From Desulfatiglandales bacterium (GTDB taxonomy: Bacteria; Desulfobacterota; DSM-4660; Desulfatiglandales; Desulfatiglandaceae), in contig OY759599.1 in the NCBI GenBank assembly GCA_963662465.1, positions 6,240,001 to 6,304,000 on the forward strand: a stretch of 64,000 nt of DNA. The letters are read 5' to 3'. Every line of letters begins with the position of its first letter. Within the stretch, counting starts at the first letter, position 1. The notes beneath the pieces are model-generated. The model saw only the letters and a program-made list of their open reading frames with translations, did no database searches and was not told where the DNA came from. This document shows positions 50,625-61,552 of this stretch, one piece after another. The translations under genes and the position numbers were made by a program.

Positions 50625-52979
50625 TCATTCTCGTTTTGGGGTTTTGTTCCCATGTAGAAGACGGGGTCCCATGAAGCGAAAAATGACGGAGGCAAGAACG
50701 ATAAGGAGCATCAGGGCGGTTGCGGCAATGCCGATTTTTATGGAAAAGGGGTCAAATACCAGCCTTACCCTATGGTTTCCCTGGGGAATTTTGACGGTTC
50801 TGAAAAGGTAATTTCCTCTCAATATGGTTTCCGGTCGACCGTCAACAAACGCCTTCCAGCCGGGATAGTAAACTTCGCTCAAAAAGAGGTAGCCGGGATT
50901 TTTAGCGTGAAGGGAGATTTCAATTTCGTCCGCTCTGTAAGAAAGGATCTCCGTTTCGTTTTCGCGACCATTTTTTGCGGGAAGATCCGGGTTGTGCGGT
51001 AGAGGATGGGCATCTTCCTTTTCAAGCAGTACCCGTTTTAAAGGATCAAACCCGGGATCGGCCATACGACTCAGGATTTCATCCTTCGGGACGATTTCGT
51101 GTTCGGAAACGATGAAGGTGCGTGGGAGGTATGAATTTCTAAGTGAGTACCTGCGATCCGAGTGAGACAGTTCATATTTTACATTAAGCAGGTCCATGAA
51201 AACGCTTTTTCCGTGAGGCACATAATAGAATAATACGGCGCCGGGCCCTAACAGATTCTTGTTGTAGGCGCGGATATACTCATAATAACGATGAAGATAA
51301 AGGGGGTTATACCCCGCTACGGTCTGGTATCCTAAATACATTTCCAAATTAGGGCTCATGTTGTGGGGTAGGCTGCCGACGCGGAATATGCTTTGATCCC
51401 GGGCCAGGCTTTGGTTAAGACCGTTTTTGATGGTTTCAACATTACCATATACCTTGTCGCCGTAACGGATTGCGCCTCGGTTGAGATAGCCTAAATCGAA
51501 TAACAAGAGTAAACCCAACAGGGCGGCTGCAACCCTGGTACTCAGAAGACCCTTTAGAAACAGCAGAATAATGAGCAGAATGGCAGCGCTCAGCAGGGTG
51601 AAAATATGAAACCCGGAACCGATGATTTTTATGGCATATGCCAGCTTTTCGGGAATGGCCTCGTCCAGCACAAAGGGTGAGAATAACCTGAGGATCAGCG
51701 ATTGATCCCTATGAAATAGGATATCCATTGAAACCAGGAGGAGCACGGGAATAAAAAAAATGGTTATGCGTTTCAGAACGGATGACTTTGGAAGTCCAAA
51801 AAGGCCGTCCATGCCTTTGCCCGCCAGCAGGCTGAACGCAAACACCCACAGGTAAATAATTTTGGCAGGTGCTCGGATTCTATCGAAACCGGGAAGCAGG
51901 TAAATCAGCCGGTAAAGGGGGGTGTTGGCGCCCAGCGCCAGAAAAAAAGAAATCAGGGCCAGTATCCCTGCAAAAAGTGTAATTTTTCGGTTGTCGAAGG
52001 GCTTAAAGGAAATGAAGCACATTAGAAACAGGGGAAGGATGCCCACGTAAAGGTTGTATAAGGGGATGCTCCATGGGGTATTTGAAACCCAGAAATCGTT
52101 GTTGGCATATTTCCCGAAAAAATCGGGTATGAACGTAGTGATAATCCCTTCGGGCGGGTAAGAACCCAGGGTGACCAGATTGTAAGCGTCAAATGCGGAA
52201 CGGACGGACAGGTTAATGAATCCAAAGGCCGGCACAAGCTGTATGGCGGCAATTCCGGTCCCCACAACAAAAAACAGGAGAAGGATGCTGATTGGCCGTA
52301 ATATCCTTTTAATTTTCAGCCCTTCATAGGACGTCAAGCAAACACAAAAAAGAGATGCTGCCATCAATGTGTAAAGAGCATCCTGTGGGGAACCTGATAG
52401 AATCTGGATGCCCCAGAAAAGCCCCGCCAAGGCCAAATGGAAAAACGGGTTTCCGGGCTTAATTGCCCGGTTCAGGAAATAAATGACCAGCGGCAGCCAG
52501 ACATAAGCCTGTACCCGGAACATCTGGCCGTCATAAAGGGTGGCCATGATAAGGCCATTGCAGGTGAAGATGGCGGCGGCAACGAAACTTCCCGCAGCGC
52601 CGGTGTTCAGGGACCGCATGAGAAGATACATGAAAAGAGCCGCTAAAAGCATATGGAAAAACATGGTGTAGCCGAATGCCGTTGCAGGGGCCATCAACCA
52701 GAAAAGGATATCAAGGGGATAAAAAATGGTGGATTCAAAATGGGCCCAAAACGGCATGCCGCTGAAGATATACGGGTTCCAGAATGGAATTGAATTGTGG
52801 TTATGGAATTCGTTGTAAAGGAACTGCTTCATCCCCTGGTAAAAGGCAACGAAATCGGAGCCGTACAGGAGATGACCGTTGATAATGACGCCCCTGAAGA
52901 TGAACAAGCAAAAAAATGCCAGAACTCCGATCATTAAAAGATCTTTTTTGCCGGGGTAGATGGTTGTCCTATTTTTCAA
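50625..52979 (-). CDS. YfhO-family GT-C membrane protein (convergent paralog)
   Basis: IPFWNPYIFSGMPF..FYP, IRAPA, LSEVYYPGWKAFVDG. Confidence 0.82.
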   Translation of the reverse strand: MKNRTTIYPGKKDLLMIGVLAFFCLFIFRGVIINGHLLYGSDFVAFYQGMKQFLYNEFHNHNSIPFWNPYIFSGMPFWAHFESTIFYPLDILFWLMAPATAFGYTMFFHMLLAALFMYLLMRSLNTGAAGSFVAAAIFTCNGLIMATLYDGQMFRVQAYVWLPLVIYFLNRAIKPGNPFFHLALAGLFWGIQILSGSPQDALYTLMAASLFCVCLTSYEGLKIKRILRPISILLLFFVVGTGIAAIQLVPAFGFINLSVRSAFDAYNLVTLGSYPPEGIITTFIPDFFGKYANNDFWVSNTPWSIPLYNLYVGILPLFLMCFISFKPFDNRKITLFAGILALISFFLALGANTPLYRLIYLLPGFDRIRAPAKIIYLWVFAFSLLAGKGMDGLFGLPKSSVLKRITIFFIPVLLLVSMDILFHRDQSLILRLFSPFVLDEAIPEKLAYAIKIIGSGFHIFTLLSAAILLIILLFLKGLLSTRVAAALLGLLLLFDLGYLNRGAIRYGDKVYGNVETIKNGLNQSLARDQSIFRVGSLPHNMSPNLEMYLGYQTVAGYNPLYLHRYYEYIRAYNKNLLGPGAVLFYYVPHGKSVFMDLLNVKYELSHSDRRYSLRNSYLPRTFIVSEHEIVPKDEILSRMADPGFDPLKRVLLEKEDAHPLPHNPDLPAKNGRENETEILSYRADEIEISLHAKNPGYLFLSEVYYPGWKAFVDGRPETILRGNYLFRTVKIPQGNHRVRLVFDPFSIKIGIAATALMLLIVLASVIFRFMGPRLLHGNKTPKRE

Positions 52980-53030
52980 GATTACCTCAGGTTGTCCGGG
53001 TTGTTTTGTTAAGATGAGCTGTTTTCATCT

Positions 53031-53762
53031 TTGTTTACTTCACTAGCGGTGAATGTTATGATTACATCGAATTTGAAAGAAAAAGTCGCTTGTTGTATGT
53101 TACGATTACAAATGAAAAATTTCAGGTCCATATTTATCCTTCTTGCCCTGGTTGCCATCCTTTTGACGGCGGTCTGGATCAGGGTGTTTTTTGGTTCCAT
53201 GCAGGCCTATGAGAAGGGCGAAATCCATCTTAAAGCAGTTGAATATATAAAAGCAATTACCTTTTTTGATCGTTCTATTCACTGGTATGCGCCGTTCAAT
53301 CCCTATGTTCATAAATCAGCGGAGCGTCTCTGGGAGATAAGCAGGAATGCAGAGAAGAGGGGGGATATTCGTCTGGCACTCATCGCAGCCAGAACGCTCA
53401 GGCGGGGTTTTGTGGCGGCAAGGAGCTTTTACATCCCTGACCGGAACTGGATTGAGCGGTGTGATCTCAGAATTCATGAATTGGTGTTTGTGGAACAGGC
53501 GCAAAGGGGATTGAAAATTGCGGAAAAGCCTCTAGAACCGGTCTCTGTTCTTAATCATCCCCAGGTCAAAGCGCCGGATCCCATGTGGAGCACTATTTTG
53601 CTTGTGGGTCTTTTGGGATGGATCGGGACTGTCATTGCCTTTATCATGAGGGGATTTAGGATACCCCGGGATTCAATGGGTTTTAAGCCTTTGTGTTTTC
53701 AATGGATCTCTCTTTGGGCTGCCTTTTTTTCAATGTGGATTTTTGGGATGGTGAATGCTTGA
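53031..53762 (+). CDS. Hypothetical membrane protein (start possibly 53112)
   Basis: N-terminal and two C-terminal TM segments around a helical domain. Confidence 0.6.
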   Translation: MFTSLAVNVMITSNLKEKVACCMLRLQMKNFRSIFILLALVAILLTAVWIRVFFGSMQAYEKGEIHLKAVEYIKAITFFDRSIHWYAPFNPYVHKSAERLWEISRNAEKRGDIRLALIAARTLRRGFVAARSFYIPDRNWIERCDLRIHELVFVEQAQRGLKIAEKPLEPVSVLNHPQVKAPDPMWSTILLVGLLGWIGTVIAFIMRGFRIPRDSMGFKPLCFQWISLWAAFFSMWIFGMVNA

Positions 53763-53777
53763 TGAAAGGATAAGGGG

Positions 53778-55187
53778 GTGAATATACCGAATCGGCAATT
53801 TTCCAATGGCGAACGGGGACCCAGAAAAAACCTTGGCTACCACGATGAAGTGGATCGTCTCTATGGTTTTCTGGTTCCGGAGAATGTCCGCGTGTTGGAA
53901 TTGGGTTGCAGCAAGGGTCGATTATTGTCCCGGCTTCATCCGAAAAAAGGCGTCGGTATTGATATTGATCACCATAAGATTCATTCAGCGCGTTCGCTTT
54001 TCAAGCACAAACCGGAGCTCCGGTTTCTCCACGGGAATGTGGAAGATTTTGATTGGTCGGATGAAGATCCTTTCGACTATATCATTGCTTCCGACCTGAC
54101 GGCTTATCTGCAGGATATCCAAAAAACGCTGGGTCGCCTTCACCAGGTATGCACTTCCCATACGAGAATCATTGTTTCTTTTCACTCCAACCTCTGGCGG
54201 CCGATTTTTTATTTTGCAGTCTTAATGGGCCGAAAAAAGCGTATCCAAAAATCTAACTGGTTGTCTGTGAGTGATATCAAGAACCTGCTTTCTCTCTCGG
54301 GCTTTGCCGCCGTATCCAGTGGAGGGCGGACGCTCTTGCCCTGCAAAATACCGGTTTTGACCCCGGTCATGAACAGGTTTGCAGCCAAATTGCCCTTCAT
54401 CGAACACCTGTGCCTCAATTGGTATGTTGTGGCCCGCCCTACACCCAGACCTGTTAACCGGGAACCATCGGTTTCAGTTTTAGTGCCTACGCGAAACGAA
54501 AAGGGAAATATTGACGCTATTTTCTCAAAAACGCCAACAATGGGTCGATGGACTGAACTCGTTTTTGTGGATGGCAATTCCGGCGATGGTACGGTCGAGG
54601 CCATTGAACAGGGCATTTTGCGATACAAGGATGGTTTTAAGCGAATTCTCCTGTTGAAACAAGCCGGCAAGGGTAAGGGGCAAGCGGTTCGTCAGGGTTT
54701 TGACCAATGCCGGGGCGAAATTTTGATGATCCTCGATTCGGATTTAACCATGCCTGCTGAAGAACTGCCCAAATATTATGAGGCGCTCGTTCAGGGTCAT
54801 GGTGAGTTTATCAACGGGTGCCGTCTGGTTTACCCTATGGGAGAAGAGGCCATGCGTTTTTTGAATATGGTGGCCAACTATGCTTTTGGACACCTTTTTT
54901 CATGGTTTCTGAATCAGACGGTGAAAGATACGCTTTGCGGCACAAAAGTTCTGTGGCGTCGGGACTATGTTCAAATTGATGCCAATCGGTCCTATTTTGG
55001 TGACTTTGATCCTTTTGGCGATTTTGATTTGCTTTTTGGCGCTTCCCGTCTCAACTTGAAGATTATCGACATGCCGATCCGATACCGTAAGCGGACCTAT
55101 GGCGACATCAAAATAGATCGTTTTAGAGATGGTTTGCTATTGCTTAAGATGTGCTGGATCGCATTTTGTAAGCTGAAACTGGCTTGA
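53778..55187 (+). CDS. Methyltransferase-GT2 fusion protein
   Basis: VLELGCSKG; VPTRNEKGNI, VDGNSGDGT, ILDSD, DTLCGTK, FGDFD. Confidence 0.85.
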   Translation: MNIPNRQFSNGERGPRKNLGYHDEVDRLYGFLVPENVRVLELGCSKGRLLSRLHPKKGVGIDIDHHKIHSARSLFKHKPELRFLHGNVEDFDWSDEDPFDYIIASDLTAYLQDIQKTLGRLHQVCTSHTRIIVSFHSNLWRPIFYFAVLMGRKKRIQKSNWLSVSDIKNLLSLSGFAAVSSGGRTLLPCKIPVLTPVMNRFAAKLPFIEHLCLNWYVVARPTPRPVNREPSVSVLVPTRNEKGNIDAIFSKTPTMGRWTELVFVDGNSGDGTVEAIEQGILRYKDGFKRILLLKQAGKGKGQAVRQGFDQCRGEILMILDSDLTMPAEELPKYYEALVQGHGEFINGCRLVYPMGEEAMRFLNMVANYAFGHLFSWFLNQTVKDTLCGTKVLWRRDYVQIDANRSYFGDFDPFGDFDLLFGASRLNLKIIDMPIRYRKRTYGDIKIDRFRDGLLLLKMCWIAFCKLKLA

Positions 55188-55202
55188 CCCATGTGAAGAA
55201 AA

Positions 55203-56780
55203 ATGGAGAGGTTCATGCGTTATCCGGGCTTTGATCTTTTCAACCATGCGCATCTTTGGGTCGTTTCCGCTTTTTTCCTATGCTTTTTGGTTCTGGGCCT
55301 GAATGTTTTTAAAGATTATGGTATGTCTTGGGACGAGGCCCATCAGCGTACCGTCGCCATGCTTGTTTCAAATTATGTTTTGGAGAATGATAACACACTC
55401 CTTAACACGCCCCATCCAAAATACCATGGTCCGGTGGTCCCCGTGGTTCTATTTTCATTGGAAAAACTGTTGGGTCTCGAAGCATCCAGAACAAAAGTAT
55501 TATTATGGCATTTTGGAAATTTCCTGTTTTTTTTCCTCGGCGTGCTTTTCTTTTATTTTCTATGTGTTCATAGATTTAAGAGTTGGAAGATCGCTCTGCT
55601 GGGTGCCCTTTTTTTAATTCTCAGCCCAAGAATTTTCGCCCATGCATTTTTCAACCATAAGGATCTCCCATTTCTATCCGTTTTTATCATTTGCATTTAT
55701 TCGCTTATCCGGCTTCTTGAGAAAAAGACAACCCCAAGGATATGTGTTCATGCTTTGCTCTGTGCAATCCTCATCGACATTCGCATCCCGGGTGTGATTC
55801 TTCCCTCTTTAACAGTTTTCCTCCTGGGGATGGACTGTTTTCTTGCGCCGGACAGGAAGCAAGCCTTTTTTATCTTTATGAGAGACTTTTCGGTGTTTTG
55901 CTCTGCAACCATTATTTTTGTAGTTTTGTTATGGCCCAGTTTATGGGAAAATCCCCTTGGGGAATTTATCAATGCATATAATTTCATGAAGAAGATTCAA
56001 TGGGGTGGGACGGTTCTCTATTTGGGGCGGTTCATTGAGAGCAATAATCTACCGTGGCATTACATTCCAGTATGGATTTCCATAACAACCCCGTTATTGT
56101 ATATGATTTTTTTCCTGTTAGGGCTTTTCTTCATGGGCGCTCATTTTTTTAAGTTTCCCCTGGAATTTTACCGAAAAAGAAAAATAGATCTCATTTGTTT
56201 CATATGGTTTTTTCTCCCCATTGCCATGATCCTCATCCACAAGTCCACTATTTTTGATGGCTGGCGCCATCTCTATTTTATTTATCCGGCCATGATTTTA
56301 ATTTCACTCAATGGCCTGGTGTGTTTGTGGAAGTTTTTGAACAACATTAAAAACCGTAAGGCCTTTGTGATTTTATCCTCTTTGGTCATCATGCTCGTTG
56401 TTTTTTCCGTTACAAAGACGGCCTATCTGATGACCAGAGATCATCCTTATCAAAATGTGCATTTCAACTTTCTTGCAGGCAGCGATAAGCGGCATCGCTT
56501 TGAGCTTGATTATTGGGGGCTGTCTTACAGGGAGGCGTTGGAATACATTTTGGATAACGATAGTAGAGACATGATTAAAGTTCAAGTTGCCAATCCGCCA
56601 GGTGAACTCAACAAAGAACTGCTCACGGAAAGGGCGAAACAAAGGTTGTCTTTTGTAGAAAGCCAGGGGGATTACTTCGTAACCAACTATCGATGGCATC
56701 CCAATGATTATTTGGGGAAAGAGTTGTTTTCAATACATGTGGGCAGTGAAAAGATTAACGCCGTATATGAATTACGCTAG
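55203..56780 (+). CDS. PMT_2/GT39-like GT-C glycosyltransferase
   Basis: DYGMSWDE, FNHKDLPF, LPWHY, RHLYF, DYWG. Confidence 0.78.
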   Translation: MERFMRYPGFDLFNHAHLWVVSAFFLCFLVLGLNVFKDYGMSWDEAHQRTVAMLVSNYVLENDNTLLNTPHPKYHGPVVPVVLFSLEKLLGLEASRTKVLLWHFGNFLFFFLGVLFFYFLCVHRFKSWKIALLGALFLILSPRIFAHAFFNHKDLPFLSVFIICIYSLIRLLEKKTTPRICVHALLCAILIDIRIPGVILPSLTVFLLGMDCFLAPDRKQAFFIFMRDFSVFCSATIIFVVLLWPSLWENPLGEFINAYNFMKKIQWGGTVLYLGRFIESNNLPWHYIPVWISITTPLLYMIFFLLGLFFMGAHFFKFPLEFYRKRKIDLICFIWFFLPIAMILIHKSTIFDGWRHLYFIYPAMILISLNGLVCLWKFLNNIKNRKAFVILSSLVIMLVVFSVTKTAYLMTRDHPYQNVHFNFLAGSDKRHRFELDYWGLSYREALEYILDNDSRDMIKVQVANPPGELNKELLTERAKQRLSFVESQGDYFVTNYRWHPNDYLGKELFSIHVGSEKINAVYELR

Positions 56781-56899
56781 GATTTTTTTTATGCGAGTTC
56801 AAAAGAAGTATCCCCTGCAATGATTGACTGGTTTGCATTTAAATACTACAATTTCGAAATCTTAAGGATGTAGAGGGTGGCGTTTTATGCCTCGAATTA

Positions 56900-57799
56900 T
56901 TGATTGGAGTTCATATGGAAGAAATGAAGGATTCGGATATTTCCGTCATCATCCCGGCCCACAATGAAGCCCATAATATCGGCAAGATAGTGTCTCGGAT
57001 CCAGGCGCTTCATCCCGATTTTGAAATCATTGTCATTGATGATGGTTCAACGGACGGCACAGGAGAATTGGCCGGAGAAGCGGGGGCGATCGTTTACAAG
57101 CATCCCTATAATATCGGAAACGGCGCCGCTATCAAGAGCGGCATCAGGATTGCCTCCGGCCAAGTGCTGGTATTTATGGATGCGGATGGACAGCATGATC
57201 CGGCGGACCTGGATCAACTGCTTCAGCATTTTCCGGAATTCGATATGGTGGTGGGCGCCAGGCCCGGGGGAACGCAGGATTCAAAGATCAGGGCCTTGGG
57301 AAACCGGATATACAATCATCTGGCATCATACGTGACGAATTTTCCCATCCGGGATTTGACATCGGGTTTCAGGGCTATTAAGTCGGATCTGGCGCGAAAT
57401 CTGCTTTATCTTTTGCCCAATACCTACTCTTATCCCACAACGATGACGTTGGGAATCCTCAGATCCGGAAAGAGTGTAAAATATGTGAGCATCAATGTTC
57501 AGTCGAGAAAAACGGGTAAAAGCGAGATTCGGATTATTAAGGATGGCGTCAGGTTTTTTATGATCATTGTCAGGATATGTACCTTTTATTCACCTCTTAA
57601 GGTTTTTCTTCCCACGAGTATGGGTCTTTTTCTGCTGGGTCTTGCCTATTATACCTATACCTTTCTTACTTCCGGTCGATTTACCAACATGAGTGCGCTT
57701 TTGTTTACCACCTCCATTCTCATCTTCATGCTGGGCTTGATTTCCGAGCAGATCAGCCAGATGCGCTTTGAAAAGAGTGAAGGGGATCGGTTTGTTTGA
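56900..57799 (+). CDS. GT2 glycosyltransferase (DPM-synthase-like; start likely 56915)
   Basis: IPAHNEA, DDGSTD, DADGQH, DLTSGFR, C-terminal TM pair. Confidence 0.88.
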   Translation: MIGVHMEEMKDSDISVIIPAHNEAHNIGKIVSRIQALHPDFEIIVIDDGSTDGTGELAGEAGAIVYKHPYNIGNGAAIKSGIRIASGQVLVFMDADGQHDPADLDQLLQHFPEFDMVVGARPGGTQDSKIRALGNRIYNHLASYVTNFPIRDLTSGFRAIKSDLARNLLYLLPNTYSYPTTMTLGILRSGKSVKYVSINVQSRKTGKSEIRIIKDGVRFFMIIVRICTFYSPLKVFLPTSMGLFLLGLAYYTYTFLTSGRFTNMSALLFTTSILIFMLGLISEQISQMRFEKSEGDRFV

Positions 57800-58071
57800 A
57801 TCCAAACTTGCTGGAAGATTTCTACCAGCCCGGCAGGGATTGAATCGAAAAATGCGACCGGAGGATTTTTACGCTTCAAAAAGTTGCCCGGAAGAAAAGG
57901 GTGCATTCAATTGATGAAACCCCGGGTAAAAGCGCGATACTGGAAGACCCTCAGGTCAGGGGGCCGGGTATCTTGGGGATGGTAAAGGCTTAGCGTGTTT
58001 CAAACACGATTCTGCTGTCCACGGAATTCTCGTATTAATGTCAAAAGATTTGGGCTTTTTTCCGGATCGAT

Positions 58072-59331
58072 TCAGGAGAGCAACCAGTGAACGGGAATGT
58101 TCCAGATCCGTTCCTCAAGCTTTTTGATGGAATTTGACATATTCAGCAAAAGGCCGACATTGTTTTCATTGAGGGAAACAAATTTCCGCAGGTGTCGAAT
58201 ATCGGCGCCATGTGGGGTGTCCCGCTGCTTGATTTCACTATAAAACGTTAACCCGTTCTCAATATTCTTGAAAACAGCATCTGCTTCTACGCCGGTTGAT
58301 GTTCTGGCAAAATAGATATCCTCACGAAGTGTTTCCTGGTAGACTCCTTTTCGCAATTCTGAAATAACCGCGTTTTCAAAGCAGTTCCCATCTTCCATCC
58401 TGAAATTGTTCATCAACGATCTGAAAATCCCGGTATCAATGAAATACCATTTTGGCATTTTTTTCATGCGCTTGCCGATGTTCTCGAAAAATGGCAAACT
58501 GGACCAGGCAACAAAAAGCTGACGATAATAGTTCATGAATCTGCGGATTGTATCGGCTGAAAGCGCGCAATCTCTTGCGAGTTCACTGATGTTCATCAAT
58601 GATCCGACACGTGTGGCAAAGAGCAGCTCAAACCGTTCAAATGATTCCTGGTTTCTCAAATCAACGATTTCTCTTAAATCCGTGTCAAGGTAGGTCTGAC
58701 GGTAATTATTGAGCCATTGCCTGCGATCTTCCGGATTTGTCCGTGTCAGGAATTCGGGATAGCCACCATACAATGTAAATTCGCGAAATTTTTCTGACAG
58801 CATGTTTGATTGTTTTGCTGGAAGATAAAATTCCGACAGTTCTGTTTCGACGTCCTTTACCGATGGCGCATATAATAGTTTTTTCAGCAAAGACTGTTCA
58901 GAGTGACAGATAAATTCTCTAAATGACATGGGAAACAGGGTATAAACAGAAACCCTTCCCGCCAATGATTCTTTGATTCTCCGGTTCAGCAGCAGGTGAT
59001 TTGAACCTGTGATGAGAAACCGGCCCTTTCTTTCAGGTTGGATGTCGACTTGAAGTTGAATTAGCTCAATAAGGGTCGGCATCTGTTGTACTTCGTCTAA
59101 AACAATGAGGTGTTTCCCAAAGTACTCAAATTCCTTTCGAGCGTTTGTCGCCAATGCTCGTCGGGTGTCTGGATCCTTGAGATTATAGTACTGGATGTCA
59201 AGATCACTTTTGATGAGATGCTGTGACAGGGTGGTTTTTCCTGCCTGACGGGGACCCATAATCGCAGTGACACGGTCAATTTTCAACGAATGCTGGATAT
59301 GCCGCGTCAAATCCCTCGAAAGTAAATTCAC
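58072..59331 (-). CDS. ATP-binding protein, AAA_14 + DUF4143 family
   Basis: GPRQAGKT, LDEVQ, TGS, ESLAGR, GGYP, KWYFIDTG. Confidence 0.88.
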   Translation of the reverse strand: MNLLSRDLTRHIQHSLKIDRVTAIMGPRQAGKTTLSQHLIKSDLDIQYYNLKDPDTRRALATNARKEFEYFGKHLIVLDEVQQMPTLIELIQLQVDIQPERKGRFLITGSNHLLLNRRIKESLAGRVSVYTLFPMSFREFICHSEQSLLKKLLYAPSVKDVETELSEFYLPAKQSNMLSEKFREFTLYGGYPEFLTRTNPEDRRQWLNNYRQTYLDTDLREIVDLRNQESFERFELLFATRVGSLMNISELARDCALSADTIRRFMNYYRQLFVAWSSLPFFENIGKRMKKMPKWYFIDTGIFRSLMNNFRMEDGNCFENAVISELRKGVYQETLREDIYFARTSTGVEADAVFKNIENGLTFYSEIKQRDTPHGADIRHLRKFVSLNENNVGLLLNMSNSIKKLEERIWNIPVHWLLS

Positions 59332-59416
59332 TTACCGACCCTCTTTGATATCATTTCGATCCGAATGACTGAATTCTAACGATGGCATCGTCAAATTGCA
59401 AGGATAATCCGCGATT

Positions 59417-59830
59417 TTATCGATATTTATCATTAAGTTTCGCCAGGCGCATATAGCGTCGGTGTAAATTCGTACCGGACCGATGGGCTCTCAGGTAAGC
59501 AGCGAACATTAGTACTCCTATGACTCCGATGAAGGCTGCCCCTCGCTTGAAAAGCCTGCTTCCGATGGCGAACACTAAAAGGGTGTTTATGGCTCCGATA
59601 AATATCTGAAAGCATTTAATAAAGGGCCAGATTACGCCGAACAACTTGTTCAAAATAGCCAAAAAGTAGAGATAGAAGGGACTCAGGTCGACCAGCCTTT
59701 CTCCAATGTCCACGCCGTTGGCCAGTTTTTCCGCAAAAAAGGGATATTTAATGAATAGGATCGGCACGTCAATCCAGATTAGGAAGAATATACGGATGCA
59801 AATAGCAGCCCATGGCGTACAGGGTGTAAT
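59417..59830 (-). pseudogene. Truncated ArnT/PMT_2-like glycosyltransferase
   Basis: DLSPFYLYFLA..FQIFIGAINTLLVFAIG resembles the N-terminus of 45755..47575, then breaks off. Confidence 0.55.
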
Positions 59831-60028
59831 CCTGCTGTATTGTTTTCACAGGTAGTCGAATTCCACTGGGGCCTGATTACAAGCCCGGAAATGAGAGGTG
59901 AAATCGATCATCGCAATACAAATTCATTGATTTATATCGAAAAAATTCTTAGTCTCCGTTAAATATTGCCAAATTGTTTTGTTGCATGTTTTGCAGTGGT
60001 TGTCCAAAATCTTAAGTGATTATTATAA

Positions 60029-60163
60029 ATGGATTTATTTGAAAAGATAAAAGAAAAATTTAGAAAGGGTGAATCTGCCGTTAGTGATCATGCCGTCATT
60101 GAAGGCAGAAAAGATGGTATTGCGCCAAAAACAGTTGCCAGGAATCGGAGAAGCTGCTGCTGA
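60029..60163 (+). pseudogene. DUF4258-like toxin N-terminal fragment
   Basis: IKEKFRKGESAVSDHAVIEGRKDGI. Confidence 0.45.
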
Positions 60164-60342
60164 TGTGAATGAAATGCGCTTTCTGACTCAGCGCTGACCC
60201 GCATACCATCAATAAACCTTTTCGCCATCAAGCCCACAGTATCTACAGGCCTGGAATAAGCAGGAGTTGCCTGCTCTTGAACAGAAAGTTGTTTATTATG
60301 CGTGGTTTGGCATAGGATAAGAAGATACATGGGGGGTGTTCT

Positions 60343-60666
60343 ATGGTGCGTGGCAAAGTATTCCAGTGTGAGATCACCGTCTCTTCAGGTGTGAAGGATA
60401 AGCTACTGATAAAACAAAATATTGAAATTTGGGAACTGGAAGAAGTCATATACGACGACAAACACGCTTTCTCAATTTCACACAGCGACTGCTATTTCGT
60501 GTATGGACAAACTTTTGCAGGCAGATACTTGCTGGTACTCGTCAGAGTTCTCTCCCAAGAAGAAGTCCACAAACTTGGGCTGGAGGTTGGGCGTAGTTTC
60601 GTGAAAATCATAACCGCCAGGGATAGAAACCAAAGGAAAATTTATCTCAAGAGAAAAGGAGGTTAG
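60343..60666 (+). CDS. BrnT-like toxin
   Basis: ELEEVI..VYGQTFAGRYLLV..IITARD. Confidence 0.75.
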   Translation: MVRGKVFQCEITVSSGVKDKLLIKQNIEIWELEEVIYDDKHAFSISHSDCYFVYGQTFAGRYLLVLVRVLSQEEVHKLGLEVGRSFVKIITARDRNQRKIYLKRKGG

Positions 60667-60668
60667 CT

Positions 60669-60941
60669 ATGGGGAAACCATCAGAAAATGTAGCTGATTT
60701 GCCCGAAATGGACGATGCACAATTGGCGCAATTTTGGGATCGACACGAGCCTGAGGATTTTAATGGCTGGGAAGAGGGAGGCTTGAACTTCCAGCGTCCA
60801 CCCAAGAAACTCATTCAGTTGAGGCTCGAACCGAGAGATGTCAGACTTATTGATAAGGAGTCAAAACGTACCGGAATTGAACGTTCACAGCTTGTGCGAG
60901 CATGGGTGAAAGAGAAAATTGAACAGCTACTTGACGCTTAA
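60669..60941 (+). CDS. CopG-like antitoxin
   Basis: QFWDRH..IQLRL..SQLVRAWVKEKI; SD GGAGG. Confidence 0.75.
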   Translation: MGKPSENVADLPEMDDAQLAQFWDRHEPEDFNGWEEGGLNFQRPPKKLIQLRLEPRDVRLIDKESKRTGIERSQLVRAWVKEKIEQLLDA

Positions 60942-61239
60942 GTAAGCTATCTCAAATTGTTCAGTCTGCATGCTTAGGGTTTTCACCGCTCGGAGCTCGC
61001 AGAGCTTGAAAATATTTTTGTTTTTGCTGCCCACACATTTCTTCGATCTGTGACAAAGAACGTATAATTTGCCAGTGGCAGAGTATTGATTTCTCGCACC
61101 ACTCTTTCTATTCAGTCTAGGCGATCGGCGCTACCCTTTTAAAATTCAAGTGCGCCGAACTTTTTTCGTGCATTTTCCAGAGGCCGGCGGGTTCTCAGAT
61201 TCTGTAAAAAACGGCTCCCAAAAGTCCACAATTGGAATG

Positions 61240-61400
61240 ATTGACTGATTCGCATTTGGATATTACAATATGGCAACATAAGAAAGCAGGGATGGGGTTC
61301 CACTCCTCAATCTATTTGATCGGCGATCGTAGTGGAAAAAATAAGGGAATCTGATGTCTCCGCTATCATTCCGGCGCATAATGAAGCCAACAATATTGAA
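61240..61400 (+). pseudogene. Relic of a GT2 5' end and its upstream region
   Basis: DVSAIIPAHNEANNI and upstream GATTGACTG..GCATTT..ACAAT parallel 56820-56980. Confidence 0.55.
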
Positions 61401-61552
61401 AAGATGGAAGAAAAGGGGCTGGTCCATAAAGTGGGGAGCTGCCCCCATGCGCGATTTACGCCCGATTTCGCTTGCATCGCTAATAATAGACCCTTATAAT
61501 CCTCTCACCTTGCAGAAAACAAGACCCTGTTACAGGCGTATTCAAAATTAAA

